DNA of 41,638 nt, taken from positions 62,001-103,638 of the forward strand of contig JAXLQJ010000023.1 of NCBI GenBank assembly GCA_046331705.1, read 5' to 3'. Shown in pieces: positions 38,570 to 41,638 of this stretch (its first letter is position 1; every line of letters starts with the position of its first letter). Under the pieces are notes generated by a model that was not told the DNA's origin, did no database searches, and saw nothing but the letters and a program-made list of their open reading frames with translations. The stretch is from a bacterium (GTDB taxonomy: Bacteria > JADJOY01). The translations under genes were made by a program, and so were the position numbers.

Positions 38570-38914
38570 TCACACGTCGAACGTCGCGAGCGGCGGCGGG
38601 CGCCAGATGTCGAGCGCCACGCTGTCGTCGAGCTCGAGGTTCTCGAAGGTGACGACGTAAGGCGCCGCGTTGTCGCAGGAGTAGGTGATCGCGAGCCGCG
38701 CGATCTGCCATCGGCCTTCGGCTGGTCCCACGAGGGCGACGCTGTGGGCGAAGCTGCGCGCGTCGAACGAGCCCCGGAACGTCTCGCCGGGTCCGGTGCC
38801 GCCCGTGGGCTTCGGGAACTCCATCGTGTGGCCGTTGAAGTCGAACTTCACGGGCCCGGCGGCTCCCGCTGTGCCCGTGACGATCTCGACCTCGAAGTTG
38901 TTCACCCGCGGCAT
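38570..38914 (-). CDS. Hypothetical beta-rich protein (114 aa)
   Basis: RBS GAGGAG before 'MPRVNNFEVEIVTG'; follows the Nfu gene closely; host-like codon use. Confidence 0.75.
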   Translation of the reverse strand: MPRVNNFEVEIVTGTAGAAGPVKFDFNGHTMEFPKPTGGTGPGETFRGSFDARSFAHSVALVGPAEGRWQIARLAITYSCDNAAPYVVTFENLELDDSVALDIWRPPPLATFDV

Positions 38915-38936
38915 GGGGCTCCTCGTGCTCGGTGAC

Positions 38937-39830
38937 TCAGCGGAAGTACGGGTTGAGCCCCGCCTTGTGGTCGGTCTCGTCGTAGATCGCACCCACGAAA
39001 GGCACCGCGGTGCGGAACGAGCGGTGGATGCCTTCCTTCAGCGTCAGGTCGGCGGCGCTGCAACCCTGACAACCGCCGCCCATCTTGATGTAGACGCTGT
39101 TGCCGCGCACCGCGGTGAGGCTGATGTGCCCCGAGTGCGCCGCGACGCCGGGGTTGACCTCGAGGTCGATGACCTTCTGGATCTGCGTGCGGATGTCGTC
39201 CTCGGCGGGGATCTGCTCGGCGATGGTCGCCGCCACGGCCGGGTCGCTCGATTCGAGCTGAGCCCGGATTCGCGCGCCGATCTCGCTGGCGAGCGCTTTC
39301 CAGTCGCCTTCCTTCGCCTTGCGCGTCACCGTGACGGTGGAATCGTCGATCAGCACCGATTCGATGCCGTCGAGGGCGAAGAGCTGGTCGGCGAGGGGTG
39401 AGCCTTGGGTCACGCCCGGGCCGGCGAAGTACCACGAGCGGCCCGGGAAGATCGGCCGGCTCGCCATGAACTTGCAGGCGTCACCGGTGAGCTGCGGCTC
39501 GGCCTTGATGCGGATGGCGTTCGGATCCCCGCTGGCATCCGCGTCCGTCTGGGCGCCGAGCGTGGCGACGGTGGCGGTGGCTTGGATCACCTGGCGCTGC
39601 TTGGGCGGCTGCGCCGCGCTCAGCCCCATCGAGCCCAGCGACACGAACGCCGCGGGCGCTCCCCCGGTGACCGGAGCCGCGCTCGCGTCCGGGGCGGAGC
39701 CGGTGGCGCTCGCGCCCGGTGTGCTCGCAGGCGGGGTCGGCGGCTGGTAGCCCCGTTGATACGGAAACGCCGCGTCCCAATCGCGTTCTTTCTTCCCGAG
39801 CAAGCGTCCGAGGCTGTCCATCAATCCCAT
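38937..39830 (-). CDS. Nfu/NifU-family Fe-S cluster carrier (N-terminal Nfu domain + NifU C-terminal domain)
   Basis: 'SPLADQLFALDGIESVLI', 'VNPGVAAHSGHISL', 'MGGGCQGCSAADLTLKEGI', 'DETDHKAGLNPYF'; RBS GGAGGA. Confidence 0.9.
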   Translation of the reverse strand: MGLMDSLGRLLGKKERDWDAAFPYQRGYQPPTPPASTPGASATGSAPDASAAPVTGGAPAAFVSLGSMGLSAAQPPKQRQVIQATATVATLGAQTDADASGDPNAIRIKAEPQLTGDACKFMASRPIFPGRSWYFAGPGVTQGSPLADQLFALDGIESVLIDDSTVTVTRKAKEGDWKALASEIGARIRAQLESSDPAVAATIAEQIPAEDDIRTQIQKVIDLEVNPGVAAHSGHISLTAVRGNSVYIKMGGGCQGCSAADLTLKEGIHRSFRTAVPFVGAIYDETDHKAGLNPYFR

Positions 39831-39977
39831 GCGATCCGTCCTCCTGGTTCGCCGTCGACTCTAATCAGCACGCGCGCGGAACCGCAAGGCGGGTTGCGCC
39901 GCGCGCGTGCGCGCGGGGAGAGCGGTTCGCGCGGGGATTTCGCGGGTCGGGAGCCGTGCCCGGAGCCCGCGGCTCGG

Positions 39978-41638
39978 TCACGCGGCGCGCGGTGTCGACT
40001 GCGCCGCGGGCGGCACGCTGCTCCGGCGCCGGGCTGCGTCGGAGGGAGGGTCCGCGAGCGTGAGCGAGGAGAGCCTGGGCGCCGTCGCTCGGTACGAGAG
40101 CAACAGCGAGTGCGCGGCGGCGAGCACCCGGTCGAGCTCGCGCAGCGCGGGCTGCGGATCGCCCATCGCGCCGTTGCGCGCCCGCAGCTCGAGATCGCTC
40201 GCCAACGTGGCGGCACGCAGCGCGCCCACCAGCCGACTCGTCGACTTGAGATCGTGCGCGAGGCGCCGCGCGCGCTCGAGGTCGCAGGTGCGGATGGCGT
40301 ACGTGAGGTCGCTCAGCCAACCGACCGAGGACTCGACGTAGTCGCTCACGATCTTGTCGGCCACCTCGTCGCCCACGGCGTCGCGCAACGTGTCGAGGTC
40401 CGTCGCGCACAGCAGCTCACCGGGCTCGACGAATGCGTCCGTGGGTGCCTGCGCATCGATCGTCTCCGGCGTCACCTCGGCCACTCCGCGCTGCTCGGCG
40501 GCACGCACCAGGGCGTCGGCGAGCTCCTCGATGCGCACGGGCTTGCTCACGTAGTCGTCCATGCCCGCCTCGAGACAGCGCTCGCGATCCCCTGCGAGCG
40601 CCTCGGCGGTCATGGCGATCATGTGGGGGCGTGCCTCGGCGGACCGCTCGTCGCGGATTCGGCGCGCCGCCGCGAGCCCGTCGAGGCGCGGCATGTTCAC
40701 GTCGAGCAGCAGCACGTCGTACACCTGGCGCTCGAGCGCCGCGAGCGCTTCGACACCGTCGGCGGCCACATCGGCGCGGTAACCGAGCTTGGCGAGCAGG
40801 CCGAGCGCGACCTTCTGATTCACCGTGTTGTCCTCGGCCAGCAAGATCCGCAGCGGGTGCCGCTCGCCGAGCAGCAGGTCGATGGATGCGACGGGCGGGT
40901 GCGCGCTGGTCGGCAACCGGGCGTCGTCCAGCAGCCGCACGAGCAGGTCGAAGAGCGGAGCGCGTCGGACGGGCTTGGCGAGGTAGCCGTCGATCGGGAT
41001 GCGGCGTCGGGTGATCTCGGACTTCGAGTAAGCGCTCGAGCTCGACAGCACGATCCGCGGTGGCTTCGGCAACGCGAGCCCGGCGATCGCGAGCGCGAGA
41101 TCGAGCCCGTCGCGTTCCGGCATCCGATGGTCGGTGACGACCACGTCGAAGCGCGCCCCCTTCGCGAAGTGCTCCAGCGCTTCCGCCGCGCTCGCCGCCT
41201 GTTCCACGACCATGCCCCAGCCCCCGAGATGGCTCTCGAGGATCTGGCGATTGACGGCGTGGTCGTCGACGACCAGCGCCCGTCGGCCGCAGAGCGCCGC
41301 GGGGAGTGGCACGGTGCGTTGCCGCTCGACCTTTCCCGCTTCGGCGGCGAGCAAGCGCACGTGGAACGTGGAGCCGACGCCGACCTCGCTCTCCACCCAC
41401 ACGCGTCCGCACATGTGCTCGACGAGGCGCCGCACGATCGCGAGCCCCAGCCCGGTGCCGCCGAAGCGCCGCGTGGTGGAGGCGTCCACCTGCGTGAAGC
41501 TCTGGAAGAGCCGGTCCAGACGGTCGGCGGGTATGCCCACGCCGGTGTCCTCGACCGCGAGGTGAAGGGCGTGCTCGCCGGGAGCGTGTTGCTCGGCGCG
41601 GGCGCGCAAGATCACGGAACCCGAAGCGGTGAACTTCA
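39978..41638 (-). CDS. Hybrid sensor histidine kinase (HATPase-REC-REC-HPt), 5' end outside window
   Basis: 'KFT..G', 'VEDTGVGI', 'FTQVDASTTRRFGGTGLGLAI', two receiver domains (VVDD..TDHRMP; AEDN..LDVNMP), HPt 'AHDLKSTS'. Confidence 0.93.
   Translation of the reverse strand, partial: KFTASGSVILRARAEQHAPGEHALHLAVEDTGVGIPADRLDRLFQSFTQVDASTTRRFGGTGLGLAIVRRLVEHMCGRVWVESEVGVGSTFHVRLLAAEAGKVERQRTVPLPAALCGRRALVVDDHAVNRQILESHLGGWGMVVEQAASAAEALEHFAKGARFDVVVTDHRMPERDGLDLALAIAGLALPKPPRIVLSSSSAYSKSEITRRRIPIDGYLAKPVRRAPLFDLLVRLLDDARLPTSAHPPVASIDLLLGERHPLRILLAEDNTVNQKVALGLLAKLGYRADVAADGVEALAALERQVYDVLLLDVNMPRLDGLAAARRIRDERSAEARPHMIAMTAEALAGDRERCLEAGMDDYVSKPVRIEELADALVRAAEQRGVAEVTPETIDAQAPTDAFVEPGELLCATDLDTLRDAVGDEVADKIVSDYVESSVGWLSDLTYAIRTCDLERARRLAHDLKSTSRLVGALRAATLASDLELRARNGAMGDPQPALRELDRVLAAAHSLLLSYRATAPRLSSLTLADPPSDAARRRSSVPPAAQSTPRAA

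Noticed and set aside
1-41638. tRNA or rRNA genes
   Set aside because: No cloverleaf or rRNA-like conserved stretches recognised by eye.

Overview
GC-rich bacterial window. The gene content suggests a Myxococcota/deltaproteobacterium-like or related diderm, but taxonomy cannot be fixed from this sequence. Main blocks: (1) a partial FtsX-type ABC permease and a PQQ-like beta-propeller gene. (2) A compact lipid/polyketide cluster: a ~2750-aa PfaA-like PKS with the unusual order KS-KS*(CLF-like)-AT-ACP-C45 Ntn-hydrolase/acyltransferase-KR-DH, coupled to a PPTase and a FabL-like SDR, flanked by a chorismate-lyase-like gene and an acyltransferase-3. (3) A CYP51-ferredoxin pair divergent from TetR + NTF2, resembling mycobacterial Rv0762c-Rv0764c. 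(4) Uma2, PagL-like and mcl-PHA depolymerase genes. (5) A lower-GC integron (~23.0-29.3 kb) whose integrase points toward its cassette array and appears inactivated (frameshifts, catalytic Tyr->Asp), with five clear attC sites, an apparently gene-less cassette and decaying distal sites. (6) Two secreted proteins (tandem putative glycoside hydrolase; CSLREA/choice-of-anchor-Q). (7) A six-copy ~150-bp hairpin-rich tandem repeat array. (8) Frameshifted DUF2804-like and GT-C-like genes, an Nfu protein and a partial hybrid histidine kinase. All family calls come from motif recognition by eye; no database searches were run.
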